From NCBI GenBank assembly GCA_029941115.1, contig JAPYRK010000002.1, forward strand, positions 37,298 through 101,297: a stretch of DNA of 64,000 bases, given 5' to 3'. The stretch's first letter is position 1, and every line of letters begins with the position of its first letter. The DNA is from Dehalococcoidia bacterium (GTDB taxonomy: Bacteria; Chloroflexota; Dehalococcoidia; UBA2979). Made by a program: the position numbers and the translations under genes. Under the pieces are notes generated by a model. The model saw only the letters and a program-made list of their open reading frames with translations. It did not search any database and was not told where the DNA came from. Of this stretch, positions 9,884 to 19,740 are shown piece by piece.

Positions 9884-10402
9884 ATGGCTGTAGAAAAGTT
9901 TCCAGTCGAGGCAGGGCATATTATGATGTTTGCTCGATCGGTTGGGGATGCAAATCCAATCTATGCTGACGAAAACTACGCGAAAACTACTGAAACAGGG
10001 GGGATTATTGCTCCACCCACTTTTATTCAGGCGTCTTCACAATATGATCCAGATGCATCATTGAGACCGAAAATTGGTCAGAAATGGTTCGGATCGGGTG
10101 CTAAGCCCTCGGGATCGAATGCTCCGACCGAGGAATCACTGGCTGGAGATGCCGGTGGAACAAGTGGTGGTGGAACCGGCTTACATGGTGGGCAGCACTA
10201 CACGTACCATCGAAATATGAAACCGGGTGATATCTTAACAGCAGTCAGCAAACCGGGCCAACGCTGGGAAAAAGAAAGCAAAAGGGCTGGAAAGCTCATC
10301 TTCTCCGAATCAATCACCGAATATAGCGATCAGAATGGCGAACTTGTTGTCACTGCGCGCTCAGTCGGAATTCAAACCGAACGAGTCGTTGATCAAGGGT
10401 AA
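9884..10402 (+). CDS. MaoC/HadA-like hot-dog dehydratase subunit (FAS1-like dehydratase domain)
   Basis: FPVEAGHIMMFARSVGDANPIY, APPTF, LHGGQHYTYHR..PGD; start taken at ATG 9884 behind the GGAAGGGG SD. Confidence 0.82.
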   Translation: MAVEKFPVEAGHIMMFARSVGDANPIYADENYAKTTETGGIIAPPTFIQASSQYDPDASLRPKIGQKWFGSGAKPSGSNAPTEESLAGDAGGTSGGGTGLHGGQHYTYHRNMKPGDILTAVSKPGQRWEKESKRAGKLIFSESITEYSDQNGELVVTARSVGIQTERVVDQG

Positions 10403-10423
10403 AGCCTAAGAAAGGAAAGAAAA

Positions 10424-10843
10424 ATGTCACTAAAAGCTACAGATATAAACGTAGGTGATGAGCATGCAGAAGTTATTGTTAATGACCTTTCAAGAACTCA
10501 ATTAGTCCAATATGCTGGAACCTCGGGTGATTACAACCCACTTCATACGGACGAACTATTTGCGCAAGAAATCGGTGGGTATCCGACAGTTTTTGCTCAT
10601 GGCATGCTCACTATGGGCATGACAGGGAAAATGCTAACAAACTGGGTGGGAGACGGCAGATTGAAAACTTTCGGTCTGGACTTCAGAACGCAAGTTTGGC
10701 CTGGCGATACGTTGACAGCCACGGCGATTGTGTCAGAAATTATTGAAGAAGACGGTGAACAAGTGGTTAAAGCCGATGTCACAACTAGCAACCAAAACGG
10801 TCAAGTTGTTGCAATCGGTTACGCGTCTGCAAGATTGGACTAG
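10424..10843 (+). CDS. MaoC/PaaZ/HadB-like (R)-specific enoyl-thioester hydratase
   Basis: Hydratase-2 motif YAGTSGDYNPLHTD, plus AHGMLTMG and VWPGDTL. Confidence 0.88.
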   Translation: MSLKATDINVGDEHAEVIVNDLSRTQLVQYAGTSGDYNPLHTDELFAQEIGGYPTVFAHGMLTMGMTGKMLTNWVGDGRLKTFGLDFRTQVWPGDTLTATAIVSEIIEEDGEQVVKADVTTSNQNGQVVAIGYASARLD

Positions 10844-10851
10844 CTGGACCT

Positions 10852-10888
10852 AACAAACGATTAGAGGCTTCTCTAATCGTTTGTTTTC
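10852..10888. terminator. Bidirectional intrinsic terminator
   Basis: Perfect 15-bp stem AACAAACGATTAGAG-GCTT-CTCTAATCGTTTGTT ending in a T-run, between convergent genes. Confidence 0.8.
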
Positions 10889-10919
10889 CTGCTGGGGACA
10901 ATAAAAATCAATAATGCAT

Positions 10920-11036
10920 CTAGCAATAAAAATAAATGCAATCAGTTCTTATGAATCGCTCGACGCCATACAAGGCTAGAAGACCAAAACCAACCACCTG
11001 CCATTTCCAATAAAATTTGCCCGGATCTTCAAGCAT
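10920..11036 (-). CDS. Putative 38-aa single-TM small protein
   Basis: Manual translation MLEDPGKFYWKWQVVGFGLLALYGVERFIRTDCIYFYC*; AAGG upstream; lies between the hydrolase stop and the terminator. Confidence 0.4.
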   Translation of the reverse strand: MLEDPGKFYWKWQVVGFGLLALYGVERFIRTDCIYFYC

Positions 11037-11059
11037 CAACGACCTTGCCAATCGACTAT

Positions 11060-11923
11060 TTAAATGAACGCCTTGATTTGATCGACCACGAAATCGAGAT
11101 TGTCATGGTGGGCATGATGACCTGCTTCCGGTACAACTGCGCTTATAGAATTTTGAAAATAGGTGTCAATCTCTTTTCCCAAAAATTTAGCTCGAGAATA
11201 ACCTGATCTATCACCCGATAAATGGAGTACTGGGCAAGAAATTTTTGACCATAAAGCGGGCATCTCACCCGCCTGCATCTCGGTGGGGGTACGCCCTCTA
11301 GCCCAAGGATCAAATTTCCATCGATAGCCACCATCTTCCTCAATAGTTCCCCATCGTGCTAAATGTTCCGCCATTTCTGGTCTCAAATACTTATTCGCGT
11401 CCAGCATTCTATCTACCGTCTCCGAAAATTTCTTATAAATTCTTGGCGATTGCTGCTCAATTTTTTGATAGCTCCGAGCCCACGCTGCTAAACTCTCTGG
11501 CGTGGTTTCACCACTGCCATCTTTGCTGTCGTCTAGTCGAGCGCCTGCCCCCTCAATATCTACAATTTTACTAAACTTATCAGGAAAAATACTTGCTGTA
11601 AGAAGCGCTATCGATCCACCAAAAGAATGCCCCACAACAGTACTGTTTCCACCAATTAATTCAATAAAATTAAACAAATCTAAAACATGATCTACCGTCG
11701 CATAGTAAGAACCTCGAGCCCATTCTGAGTCTCCGTGTCCCCGAAGATCAGGCGCAAGTACCCAGTGATTTGCACTGAATTCAGCAGCCACATTATCCCA
11801 AGTACGGGCATGATCGCGACCACCATGTAGCAATATCAGCGGTGGATTTTTGTCACTTCCCCAACTCCAATAGGAAAGCTTAAGTCTCTGAGAATTATAG
11901 AAATGCTGCCAAGGTTGACACAT
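11060..11923 (-). CDS. Alpha/beta fold hydrolase
   Basis: LLHGG, DLRGHGDS, GHSFGG nucleophile elbow and AGHHAHHD catalytic His. Confidence 0.92.
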   Translation of the reverse strand: MCQPWQHFYNSQRLKLSYWSWGSDKNPPLILLHGGRDHARTWDNVAAEFSANHWVLAPDLRGHGDSEWARGSYYATVDHVLDLFNFIELIGGNSTVVGHSFGGSIALLTASIFPDKFSKIVDIEGAGARLDDSKDGSGETTPESLAAWARSYQKIEQQSPRIYKKFSETVDRMLDANKYLRPEMAEHLARWGTIEEDGGYRWKFDPWARGRTPTEMQAGEMPALWSKISCPVLHLSGDRSGYSRAKFLGKEIDTYFQNSISAVVPEAGHHAHHDNLDFVVDQIKAFI

Positions 11924-11950
11924 ACAAATTGGAATTAGGAGAATAAATTT

Positions 11951-12385
11951 CTACTCCCGTCCCAAACCCCCACTTTCTAACTCGTTCTTTGTGCGGCCTG
12001 CAGTCGCTATACGAGCGGCGGCGGCGGCTTCCTCGGCGGCGGCTAATACTTCATCCCGCTTACGCTGTTCACCGTAGCAATCGGAGCAGAGCACTGGCCT
12101 ATCATCGCGTGGTCGAAAGGGAACTTCAGTAAGTTTCTTGCACTGTCCGCATTCAGCCACAAATAATTGACGTGGCGTACGGCCACCGTACGAAGCATAG
12201 ACACCATATCTTGGACTATCAGTTGACTCCATTCCACTAGATGTCTTCTTTTGTTGACGGCAATTTGGACAGCGAACAGGATCATGCTCGAGTCCCTTAC
12301 TTGAATAGAATTCCTGCTCACCAGCAGTAAATGTAAATTCGTCCGGGCAATCTCTGCACTTTAGTTTTCGGTCAGTAAACGACAT
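11951..12385 (-). CDS. Zinc-ribbon (zf-trcl) plus CxxC-x17-CxxC domain protein, putative nucleic-acid binding
   Basis: CRDC..FTFTAGEQEFY..P.RCPNCR and CGQC..EVPFRP...RPVLCSDCY. Confidence 0.88.
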   Translation of the reverse strand: MSFTDRKLKCRDCPDEFTFTAGEQEFYSSKGLEHDPVRCPNCRQQKKTSSGMESTDSPRYGVYASYGGRTPRQLFVAECGQCKKLTEVPFRPRDDRPVLCSDCYGEQRKRDEVLAAAEEAAAAARIATAGRTKNELESGGLGRE

Positions 12386-12423
12386 AGCACCCCCACATGT
12401 ACCGTAAATAAAACGATACCTTT

Positions 12424-12457
12424 AAAAATTCTTCATCCACAATCTTATTGATGAAGA
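12424..12457 (-). terminator. Probable intrinsic terminator after the DUF3090 gene
   Basis: Minus strand TCTTCATCAATAAGATTGTGGATGAAGA hairpin with a bulge, followed by ATTTTT. Confidence 0.5.
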
Positions 12458-12469
12458 TTTAGCATAATG

Positions 12470-13018
12470 CTAATCGTCGAACTCTTCAGCGTCGAGACCA
12501 AATTCAAAAATAGGCAGTTCTAAAGAGTGTCCATTTTTCTGCGGACAAATCGTCGCCTCACACACCTCTAGAGGTGATTTACATAACGGGCAAAGCGGTC
12601 TTCCCGACGCCACTAGTCCAGAAATATTCTTAACAAAGGTTACTGCCTGACCTCGAGTAATCTCCATTCGAAAGGTAGGAGATGATGCTTTATCATCTGC
12701 CGCTTGCTCGTCCGCTATAAAAACCAAATGCTCACGTTCGGAATTATAATCAAAGCCAGCTCGAGCGATTTGAAAGTCAATCTGTGGCTCTTCCGGAAAA
12801 GAATCAATCGAATCGCCTATCTCTCTAACTCTACCAGTTTGACGAGACCTTTCAGCTAACAGTCTTGAAAATATCCTACCGATCTCTATAAGCTGCTCTT
12901 TTTCCAGCCAGAGCGACGCATATTGATCACCTACCCGTGCACGTAACCTAAAATGCCGCTGCCCTGGTGGTCCCACCGCATCAGCATCGACTGCATCGAC
13001 TAAACCAAAATCAATCAT
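12470..13018 (-). CDS. DUF3090 family protein
   Basis: AVGPPGQRHFRL, SLWLEKEQL and C-terminal GRPLCPLC..P....CPQKNGH. Confidence 0.82.
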   Translation of the reverse strand: MIDFGLVDAVDADAVGPPGQRHFRLRARVGDQYASLWLEKEQLIEIGRIFSRLLAERSRQTGRVREIGDSIDSFPEEPQIDFQIARAGFDYNSEREHLVFIADEQAADDKASSPTFRMEITRGQAVTFVKNISGLVASGRPLCPLCKSPLEVCEATICPQKNGHSLELPIFEFGLDAEEFDD

Positions 13019-13102
13019 ATTAAGAAGCGTAGAGGGTGAACCTCTTGAGGTACAACCCAGCCTTTACATTCGCTATGAAATTAAGAGTACTATCTATTAA
13101 CA

Positions 13103-14572
13103 ATGGATCAGAATATTTCGTTCGCAACCGTGGAGACCATACGCGCGCTTCTAGATAGAGGTCAAATAACTGCAACTCAACTTTTAGAGTACACATTATC
13201 TGAAATTTCCCGAACAAATCCCACCCTTAATTCGTTTATCTTGATAACAGAATCATTAGCTCGGGCCCAAGCTGAAGCCGCTGATGCACGAATTGAACAA
13301 GGTAAGCCAGTTAGTCCGATTGATGGAATTCCAATAGCGGTAAAAGACTTATACGACACCGCTGGAGTAGTCACTGCAGGAGGCACTGCAGCATTCGAGA
13401 AAAGAACACCTGATTACGATTCTTACGTTGTCGGTAAATTACAGCGAGCAGGAGCACTAATCGTCGGGAAAACAAATACGCATGAACTAGCCCTAGGGGG
13501 GACAACCAATAATCCACACTATGGCCCGACCCATAACCCATGGAATTTAGAAAACGTCCCGGGTGGCTCGTCAGGTGGCTCGGGCGCCGCCTTGGCCTCA
13601 GGTCAGGTCTCACTGGCGCTTGGTACTGATACTGGCGGGTCCGTGCGGATTCCATCGGCTTTTTGTGGAGTTACAGGCCACAAGCCCACATACGGCCTCG
13701 TTGGTAAAAGCGGAATAATACCTCTTTCGAAAACGCTAGATCATCCAGGCCCCATGGCCAGATCGGCTTTCGATTGTGCTCTGTTACTTAATCAAATGAC
13801 CGGAAGAGACATCAACGATCCTGACAATATCAATTTTGACTTTTCCACTGACTTCACACAAAATATCAAAAAAAGCGTGAAAGGAATTACGCTAGCGATA
13901 ATTCCATCTTTGCTGGTCGACAGTGAGTTAGGAGTGACTCAATCGTTCACAAGATCGATCGAAGTTCTTGAGCAAATGGGTGTGAATATCACGGAAATTG
14001 AACCCACGACGAACAATGAGTTAAATACAGAAGACACAAGAAGATACGACTCTGAGATTGCTTGGGGAGAGCCTCTCCCCGCCATTATTCGCAATCTCTC
14101 GCCCATTCTCTTGTCAGAAGGATCTACATACATCGAAAACATTCTTCAAACTAAACCTCATCTGATTGGCCAAGCAGTGAGAGAACGTATGATGAGAGGC
14201 ATCGATATTTCTGTACATGACTACATTCGTGCTCTTGACTGGCGCAAGGAAATTGAGAGTAGATTTGAGAATTGTCTGCTCCATTCAACCATTGATGGAT
14301 ATATCGTTCCTACCTCTCCGCAAGTAGCAGAACCGATAACAAGCGATCCCCACGTGGGTATAGAACCAGCAGTAAAATTTCGCAATACAAGCGTGTTCAA
14401 TCACACTCGACAACCATCTATTTCAGTGCCAAACGGATTCAGCAACGAAGGACTTCCAACAGGTTTGATGATCACAACGGCCCAAAAGAACGACGCGCTT
14501 GCGCTTCGAATAGCTCATCAATATCAGCTAAATACTAATTTCCACTTGTCGAGACCTCCCGTATACGAGTAA
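13103..14572 (+). CDS. Amidase signature family enzyme (GatA-like amidase)
   Basis: K-cisS-S triad: VKDLYD, PGGSSGGSG, GTDTGGSVRIPS; lacks the typical GatA YGLV-SR/SSN-LAR features. Confidence 0.9.
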   Translation: MDQNISFATVETIRALLDRGQITATQLLEYTLSEISRTNPTLNSFILITESLARAQAEAADARIEQGKPVSPIDGIPIAVKDLYDTAGVVTAGGTAAFEKRTPDYDSYVVGKLQRAGALIVGKTNTHELALGGTTNNPHYGPTHNPWNLENVPGGSSGGSGAALASGQVSLALGTDTGGSVRIPSAFCGVTGHKPTYGLVGKSGIIPLSKTLDHPGPMARSAFDCALLLNQMTGRDINDPDNINFDFSTDFTQNIKKSVKGITLAIIPSLLVDSELGVTQSFTRSIEVLEQMGVNITEIEPTTNNELNTEDTRRYDSEIAWGEPLPAIIRNLSPILLSEGSTYIENILQTKPHLIGQAVRERMMRGIDISVHDYIRALDWRKEIESRFENCLLHSTIDGYIVPTSPQVAEPITSDPHVGIEPAVKFRNTSVFNHTRQPSISVPNGFSNEGLPTGLMITTAQKNDALALRIAHQYQLNTNFHLSRPPVYE

Positions 14573-14582
14573 ATGGATAAAC

Positions 14583-15476
14583 ATGGTCAATGTTGTAGCA
14601 AACAAATCACTGACTGGTTATACATACCTCCGAATTGGGGGGGCAGCCGAATGGTTTGCTGAACCTAACAACATTGATGAACTTCACGACTTAATTAAAT
14701 GGGCCCATGAGAAAACATTATCCGTTCGAATAATTGGGGCAGGATCAAATATTCTAATCGCTGATGGTGGCGTAGGGGGATTAGTTATATCTCTGAAAAT
14801 AGCTTGCTCCAACATACAGGTGAGCGGAACCAATATCACAACTGGATCAGGAGTGATGCTGCCCGCCCTAGCAAAGAAAGCTGCAAATTCTGGTTTGTCA
14901 GGAGCGGAATTTTGCATAGGAATACCCGGAACAGTGGGAGGCGCCCTCCAATCAAACTCTGGTACAGCCGCTAATTCAGATATGAGCACAATCGTCAGTC
15001 GCGTAACCGTCTTAAAAAACGGCAAATTTAAAAACTATTCTCACAACGATATTGTCTGGGGGTATAGAGAAACCTCCCTCAAAAGTAGTGGAGACATCGT
15101 TATCGAGGCCCGTTTCAACCTCGTAGGCAAATCAAGCGATGCTATTAACTCCAATATGCGAGCACTCCTTGCTTCACGAAAGGCCACCCAGCCTACGGCT
15201 GAACCCAACGCAGGATCAATTTTTAAAAACCCTGACGGTGACTATGCAGGAAGACTAATTGAAGCTGCGGGCTGCAAAGAACTTGGTACCAAAAATGCCT
15301 CAGTTAATAAATTGCACGCGAACTTCATCACACATAATGGTAATGCTGGTTCCGATGAGATTGTCTACCTGATCACAGAGATACAAAAAAAGGTGCAATC
15401 ATCATTTGGCATTCGACTTAACCCAGAAATTGAATGGTGGGGCTCTGAAGTTTCACCAAGTTGCTTCGACAAATAG
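14583..15476 (+). CDS. murB: UDP-N-acetylenolpyruvoylglucosamine reductase
   Basis: RIGGAA, IGAGSNIL, GIPGTVGGA, GYRET, AGSIFKNP, HANFI and LNPEI. Confidence 0.9.
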   Translation: MVNVVANKSLTGYTYLRIGGAAEWFAEPNNIDELHDLIKWAHEKTLSVRIIGAGSNILIADGGVGGLVISLKIACSNIQVSGTNITTGSGVMLPALAKKAANSGLSGAEFCIGIPGTVGGALQSNSGTAANSDMSTIVSRVTVLKNGKFKNYSHNDIVWGYRETSLKSSGDIVIEARFNLVGKSSDAINSNMRALLASRKATQPTAEPNAGSIFKNPDGDYAGRLIEAAGCKELGTKNASVNKLHANFITHNGNAGSDEIVYLITEIQKKVQSSFGIRLNPEIEWWGSEVSPSCFDK

Positions 15477-15477
15477 T

Positions 15478-16617
15478 TTAGGTCAGTGTCATATTATTGC
15501 GATGTATGATTTCCTCGCCATATTCATAGCCGAGTTTGCTAAGAATCTCAGAGCTTTGCATCCCTTTAATTTGCCCTAATTCGTTAGCAGAATAATTTGT
15601 GATACCCGCACCAATACGCATTCCCGATACCGACTGAATATCGACCACATCTCCACGCTGAAAATCTCCGTCACTGCCCACAACCCCTACAGGCAAAATA
15701 GATGAACCTCTCCGCAACGCCTTTTCAACGCCACCATCCACTGTCAGGTGGCCCTTTATTACCACGTTTGAAAGCAGATATCTTCGGCGACTCTCGATCT
15801 TACTCGACTGAGCCGGAAAAAAAGTACCACTTCTTTCATTCGACACTGAAGATAAAACACAATTTTCCGCATTGCCGTTTGTGATTAATACATCTGCGCC
15901 ACTTTCAGTTGCAATTTTTGCGGCCGAAACCTTGGTGGCCATTCCTCCTCTGCCCCGGTCACCCGCGGAGCCAGCAATCGACAATACATAATCATCGACC
16001 GACTCTACTTCAGTGATCAGAACAGCTTCTTTATTTGCTCTAGGGTCTGACTCATACAAACCATCTACATCACTCAGAATGACCAATAGGTCTGCATCAA
16101 CTAAGTTTGAAATGAGGGCTGAAAGGTGGTCATTATCACCTATATTAACTTCGGCGATTTCATCTATGGCAACGACGTCATTCTCGTTAATAATTGGAAC
16201 GATACCAAGCTCCAAGAGCTTAAGTAAAGTATTTCTTGCATGCAGATAGGAAAGCCTATCGCTCACGTCGCGACGAGTGATTAGTGCTTGAGCAGAGAGA
16301 ATATCTAATTCAGAAAATGCCCGCTCCCAACCCCGCATCAGTGGAACTTGCCCAACCGCAGCCAAAACTTGCTTGGAAGCAGTGCTCCCCGATTCACCAG
16401 AAAATTGATTCTTTTTAAATCGATCTAAAAGAGATAACCCCTCAGTAATGGCACCACTCGTAACCAAAAGTACCTCATGCCCCTCTCGCTGCAGCATTGA
16501 AATTTGACGAACTATATCCTGCATTTTCTCAAAAATGACTTGATTACCACCTTGAGTGAGTACATTAGTTCCAATCTTAACCACGACTCTGTATAAATCT
16601 GAGTTATTTTTAACCAA
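15478..16617 (-). CDS. proB: Glutamate 5-kinase with PUA domain
   Basis: VVKIGTN, VTSGAI, AAVGQ, INENDVV, GDND, GGMATK and IIHRNN. Confidence 0.95.
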   Translation of the reverse strand: MVKNNSDLYRVVVKIGTNVLTQGGNQVIFEKMQDIVRQISMLQREGHEVLLVTSGAITEGLSLLDRFKKNQFSGESGSTASKQVLAAVGQVPLMRGWERAFSELDILSAQALITRRDVSDRLSYLHARNTLLKLLELGIVPIINENDVVAIDEIAEVNIGDNDHLSALISNLVDADLLVILSDVDGLYESDPRANKEAVLITEVESVDDYVLSIAGSAGDRGRGGMATKVSAAKIATESGADVLITNGNAENCVLSSVSNERSGTFFPAQSSKIESRRRYLLSNVVIKGHLTVDGGVEKALRRGSSILPVGVVGSDGDFQRGDVVDIQSVSGMRIGAGITNYSANELGQIKGMQSSEILSKLGYEYGEEIIHRNNMTLT

Positions 16618-16701
16618 GGCTTCGTCACTTTCATTTCGGCCGCTACTGATGAAAACATCTTACGGACTAGAATTTGATCTACTAGAGTTTAAAGTAATAA
16701 T

Positions 16702-17547
16702 ATGCAATCTCGATACTTAACATCAGAAAACGGGAAAAGTCTTATTAGACTTCTTTATTCGAGTGGTAAGCGCTTTGTTCGTGTTCATGGACCCCAACAT
16801 GCGGCAGCAACTGCTTATTTCGGGATTTTTTCTTTGTTCCCATTAACACTATTACTCAGTAGCGTATGTGGAATTCTCTTTGAGAGTGACACTCAGGAAA
16901 TTGTTATAGAATTACTCGTTAACCAGTTACAGATGAGTGACTCATCGGTCGAATCTGCGCTGAAAAATTTCATTCAACTTGGACCCGCTGTCCTGATTGC
17001 TTCTGCACCGGCATTAATTTTAACATCGGGCACCATGACTTCTTCATTGCGGAAAGGGCTAGATGAGACCTTTGGGCCTACAAGAAATAGGTCATTTCTA
17101 AAATCAAGACTTATCGATTACGCGTTAATACCATTCCTCGCTTTGCCTTTGATCGGTGGTTTTATAACGACCGCAATATGGAGCTTGTCCACGAGTGGCA
17201 GAGGCGACATTTCTGTTCTGGACATAGACCAATATCTTATAACGCCTGAACTCGCAATCGGGCCCTTGATATCGCTATCCTTAACCCTAGTATCGGCGGT
17301 GCTTTGGTATCGCTTTGTACCCACTAGAAAACCGGCGGTACGAACTCTCTGGTTCGGAGCAATGATTTCATCTCTCGGCTTTGAAGTCCTAAAATATGGC
17401 TTTACTTTCTATATTTCTCGATCAATCACTTTCGACTTAATATATGGACCCTTGACATCAATAATGGCGATTATGCTTTTCATATTTATTTCTGCGTATA
17501 TTTTCATTTTTGGAGCAGCTGTCTGTACTCAGACCTTTGGAGATTAA
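16702..17547 (+). CDS. YihY/BrkB family membrane protein
   Basis: AAATAYFGIFSLFP, YRFVP, IYGPL..I and FIFGA. Confidence 0.85.
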   Translation: MQSRYLTSENGKSLIRLLYSSGKRFVRVHGPQHAAATAYFGIFSLFPLTLLLSSVCGILFESDTQEIVIELLVNQLQMSDSSVESALKNFIQLGPAVLIASAPALILTSGTMTSSLRKGLDETFGPTRNRSFLKSRLIDYALIPFLALPLIGGFITTAIWSLSTSGRGDISVLDIDQYLITPELAIGPLISLSLTLVSAVLWYRFVPTRKPAVRTLWFGAMISSLGFEVLKYGFTFYISRSITFDLIYGPLTSIMAIMLFIFISAYIFIFGAAVCTQTFGD

Positions 17548-18282
17548 TTATGGGCGTTTAATAGGACCATGTGGAATCTCTAATTTTGACCGTAGCAACG
17601 TAACCGTGGCATCAGCCAGTGGTCGTATCAAGATTTGAAGATCCCAATCTAACTCTCGAAAACTTGACATCCAGTCTTCAATTGAATCTAGTGATTGGCC
17701 AAAGCGAAGATTTTCGTGATGAGAGTCGATCGCCTTAAATCCTTGCAACTTTCTTGGGCCTTCACGGCCTCCCTCTGAAATATACCAATCTTTAAAAGCA
17801 ACACCGCATCCAATACTAAACATCATAGATCCTAAAGGAGTGATGATTGGTGGTACGCCTGCCGCAAGCGCCCGAGCCGTGGTCTTTCTTCGAATAGAAT
17901 CATATTCAACCATAAGATGCCCTCCACTGGGGACAATCTCTGATAATGCCGCAATAATGTTCAAATCAATACTCTCGGGCACTTTCACCTGGCCCTGATC
18001 AAACTCCAACACATCGGCAAATAAAATTATTTCCAACCAGTTAAATCCCGGAAATTTACCTGAGTTCTGAAGTCCCATTACCACGGGAAACCGCGATCGC
18101 CCCAAATCTCTTGAATCTAAAAATACGCGAAAATTTGAAGATCCTACTTTATTCTTTGGTCCAAGTTCGATTTGTAAGAAAACACCGTCACCTACTTCAC
18201 GACCATTAACAAAAAAAAGCTCGTGCTCTAATTCCTCTGAAATAGGTTTCCACACAGGTGTACCCCGACTACTTCCTGACAT
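17548..18282 (-). CDS. DUF1122 family protein
   Basis: GGHLMVEY, GVPP..TPLG and FKDWYISEGGREGPRKLQGFK. Confidence 0.8.
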   Translation of the reverse strand: MSGSSRGTPVWKPISEELEHELFFVNGREVGDGVFLQIELGPKNKVGSSNFRVFLDSRDLGRSRFPVVMGLQNSGKFPGFNWLEIILFADVLEFDQGQVKVPESIDLNIIAALSEIVPSGGHLMVEYDSIRRKTTARALAAGVPPIITPLGSMMFSIGCGVAFKDWYISEGGREGPRKLQGFKAIDSHHENLRFGQSLDSIEDWMSSFRELDWDLQILIRPLADATVTLLRSKLEIPHGPIKRP

Positions 18283-18342
18283 ACGATGAGTTCATATAAA
18301 TCTTAATTCTAATTCACTATATAACAGGGATCCTCTGAGTTT

Positions 18343-19725
18343 ATGCCTTCCATTCATGAAAAAAAAATCGCTCAGCACTCGTCGACAGAAAATCGACTGT
18401 ACGCCATCGCCCTAAAACGATTACTAGATAAAGGTAGATATCAAAGTATTCGGTCCAGTCACAATAATCAGGAAGGTAGGTTGCGCCGAATATGGAACTA
18501 TCTAAATGACCACGGAAGACCTGACAATCGACATACGGTGCACATCGCAGGTTCGAAGGGGAAAGGCTCAACCGCATCAATTGTCGAAACAATTTTAAGA
18601 TTTAGTGGCGCTTCCACATGCTTATTAACCTCACCGGATTTGCACAGTGCACGGGAGCGTATTCAAATAAACGGACAGCTAATTTCGAAAATAGAGTTCA
18701 TACGACTCGCAAATAAGCTTTTAGATGATCCTGTCACATCCGACTGGTCTTATTTCGAAATGATGACAGTACTTGGTTGGTGGGCGGCTCATGATTTTCA
18801 ATCAGATTGGCAGGTAATTGAAGTTGGCCTAGGCGGGAGGTTCGATACGACAAATGCAGTGCTAAAAAAAGAAGTGTCCGTAATCACTGCCATAGACCTA
18901 GAACACACAGAGATACTAGGTTCAACAATTGAGAAAATAGCCTTGGAAAAAGCGGGAATCATTGAAAGATCTTCACACTTAGTCTTAGCAGCAATGAACG
19001 CGTCGGCGCATGATGCTATTAAAAATAAATCTAAACTATCGAGTGAATACACTCATGATATCGTAAATGAATGTGCTGTTATTTCCAGAACTGTCAGCCT
19101 AGACAAGCAAGTTATTACACTCCGAACACCCGAGCATCTATACAAAAATCTAACCTTTTTGTTACTCGGAGAACATCAACTAGAAAACATCTGTAGTGGT
19201 ATTCGAACCGCCGAAATAGCTTGGCGAGAAGTCAATGGGACCAAACTACCTAAAAGGGCTGTTTTTGAAGGACTAGCCTCGCTTACGATTCCCGGCCGAT
19301 TTGAAGTACTGAGCCAGAATCCCTTAATAATCACTGATGGCTTACACACACCTCTGGCAGCAAAACGATTTTCAGAAAGTCTTAAAAAACTAAATATAAC
19401 CAAAAATTTGGTCTGGATTTTTGGTTTTCTAGAAGGTAAGTCTATTTCTAAAATTGTTGATCAGCTGGTCATGCCCTCGGATATAGTTATTGCCACGGAG
19501 TTATCAGCATCACGAACTCTCCGAGCAGAAACGACTGCAAATCACCTAAGGAAACGATCCTCGCACATTAGCGTCCAACCAGATATTACAAGCTCAATAA
19601 AATACGCAAGAAAAATATCACAGCCAACCAGCACAATATTAATCGTAGGAAGTCTCTACACCGCGAGTGAAGCCAGGGCCTTCGAACTTAACTTAATTGA
19701 TGAGACGAAAGAGAAACTCAGATAG
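18343..19725 (+). CDS. folC: Folylpolyglutamate synthase/dihydrofolate synthase
   Basis: HIAGSKGKGST, TSPDL..RERI, EVGLGGRFDTTN, LEHTEILG, EKAGII, PGRFE and GSLY. Confidence 0.92.
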   Translation: MPSIHEKKIAQHSSTENRLYAIALKRLLDKGRYQSIRSSHNNQEGRLRRIWNYLNDHGRPDNRHTVHIAGSKGKGSTASIVETILRFSGASTCLLTSPDLHSARERIQINGQLISKIEFIRLANKLLDDPVTSDWSYFEMMTVLGWWAAHDFQSDWQVIEVGLGGRFDTTNAVLKKEVSVITAIDLEHTEILGSTIEKIALEKAGIIERSSHLVLAAMNASAHDAIKNKSKLSSEYTHDIVNECAVISRTVSLDKQVITLRTPEHLYKNLTFLLLGEHQLENICSGIRTAEIAWREVNGTKLPKRAVFEGLASLTIPGRFEVLSQNPLIITDGLHTPLAAKRFSESLKKLNITKNLVWIFGFLEGKSISKIVDQLVMPSDIVIATELSASRTLRAETTANHLRKRSSHISVQPDITSSIKYARKISQPTSTILIVGSLYTASEARAFELNLIDETKEKLR

Positions 19726-19740
19726 TTAAGTCAATAGTTT

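Noticed and set aside
12015..12043. GCG/GCC trinucleotide run
   Set aside because: It encodes a poly-Ala helix (AAAEEAAAAA) in the zinc-ribbon protein; not a VNTR or CRISPR.
13103..14572. Amidase as gatA
   Set aside because: No gatB/gatC is adjacent and the GatA-specific segments are absent; it is a generic amidase.
18359..18367. A9 homopolymer near the folC 5' end as a possible phase-variation tract
   Set aside because: It is in frame (Glu-Lys-Lys) in an essential gene, and similar A/T runs are common in this AT-rich window.
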